Assembly: GCA_038128225.1 (NCBI GenBank)
Contig: JAYPJF010000002.1
Span: 39,451-103,450 of the forward strand
Source of the DNA: a bacterium
GTDB lineage: Bacteria > Patescibacteriota > Minisyncoccia > Phycocordibacterales > UBA2100
Reading direction: 5' to 3'
Length of the DNA stretch: 64,000 nucleotides
The translations under genes and the position numbers were made by a program. Position 1 is the stretch's first letter, and every line of letters begins with the position of its first letter. The notes below the pieces were generated by a model, which was not told the DNA's origin, did not search any database, and saw only the letters and a list, made by a program, of their open reading frames with translations. Positions 63,732 to 64,000 of this stretch are shown in pieces.

Positions 63732-64000
63732 ATGAGACTGCGTCGCAAGCATCCGTCGGCGCTGAGGGCGTCGACGTCACCTATTGCCGTGTTGTATGTA
63801 GCGTATGATACGGCGTCGGCGCCCGAGATATTCAATCGGGCGTATGAGCATTCGACTGGGTGTTCGAGATGGCGCAAAGGCGCGCAGCCTCGGATCCACC
63901 AGGATCTCGATGTCTTTTACGAGGAAGGCGTGTTGCCAGACTACGTGGAGGCACAGCGTCTGCTCCACTGTGAGAAACTGCTCTCGCGGCGAATGCAAAC
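63732..64000 (+). CDS. Possible partial CDS running off the right edge
   Basis: The ATG at 63732 is preceded by GAGG. The open frame MRLRRKHPSALRASTSPIAVLYVAYDTASAPEIF... reaches the window end with no stop. Confidence 0.25.
   Translation, partial: MRLRRKHPSALRASTSPIAVLYVAYDTASAPEIFNRAYEHSTGCSRWRKGAQPRIHQDLDVFYEEGVLPDYVEAQRLLHCEKLLSRRMQ

Overview
This 64-kb chromosomal window has about 50% GC and tightly packed, mostly co-directional genes. The gene content suggests a small-genome, possibly Patescibacteria/CPR-like bacterium, although this is inference only: short 345-aa DnaX, phosphoketolase plus acetate kinase, a LemA/TPM pair, many DUF proteins, and Thr/Gly-rich secreted proteins with LTD, cohesin-like and dockerin-like modules. 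Housekeeping genes are a partial relA/spoT N-terminus at the left edge, topA, dprA, serS, ftsQ-like, dus, dnaX, tRNA-Gln(UUG), an ABC-F ATPase, xfp-ackA, an epimerase/dehydratase, tyrS, hsp20, an FKBP PPIase, uvrB, uvrA and a CPA2 antiporter. The main candidate for an undescribed system is the first accessory region below. (1) The 3' end of tRNA-Gln is an integration hotspot. It carries two small low-GC cassettes bounded by 36-bp att-like direct repeats and a 63-bp element-derived repeat, with no integrase. The cargo is a 62-aa membrane peptide plus a 355-aa unknown protein that look like one ancestral gene split by a 67-bp tandem duplication, and a 72-aa ORF. I read this as a candidate defence or addiction islet. 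(2) A surface-protein locus of about 14 kb (27.4-41.7 kb) encodes Thr-rich secreted paralogues with a shared C-terminal motif, a GT-A-like glycosyltransferase, a class-A beta-lactamase-like serine hydrolase, a SAM methyltransferase and several C-terminally anchored proteins. It also encodes a dockerin-bearing protein (Cys/Asp Ca-binding-like repeats, a Gly15 linker containing a G8 homopolymer) and a membrane-anchored cohesin-like protein. A convergent protein has 4 Ig-like tandem repeats plus a lamin-tail domain. I interpret the locus as a putative surface assembly or attachment system. (3) Other accessory items are a polysaccharide-deacetylase/processive-GT2 fusion next to a holin-like membrane protein, an ECF sigma/anti-sigma (DUF5667-like) pair, a BshA-like GT4 convergent with a PIG-L deacetylase, and a high-GC ORF beside relA. 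All identifications are from reading the sequence and translations; no database search was possible.
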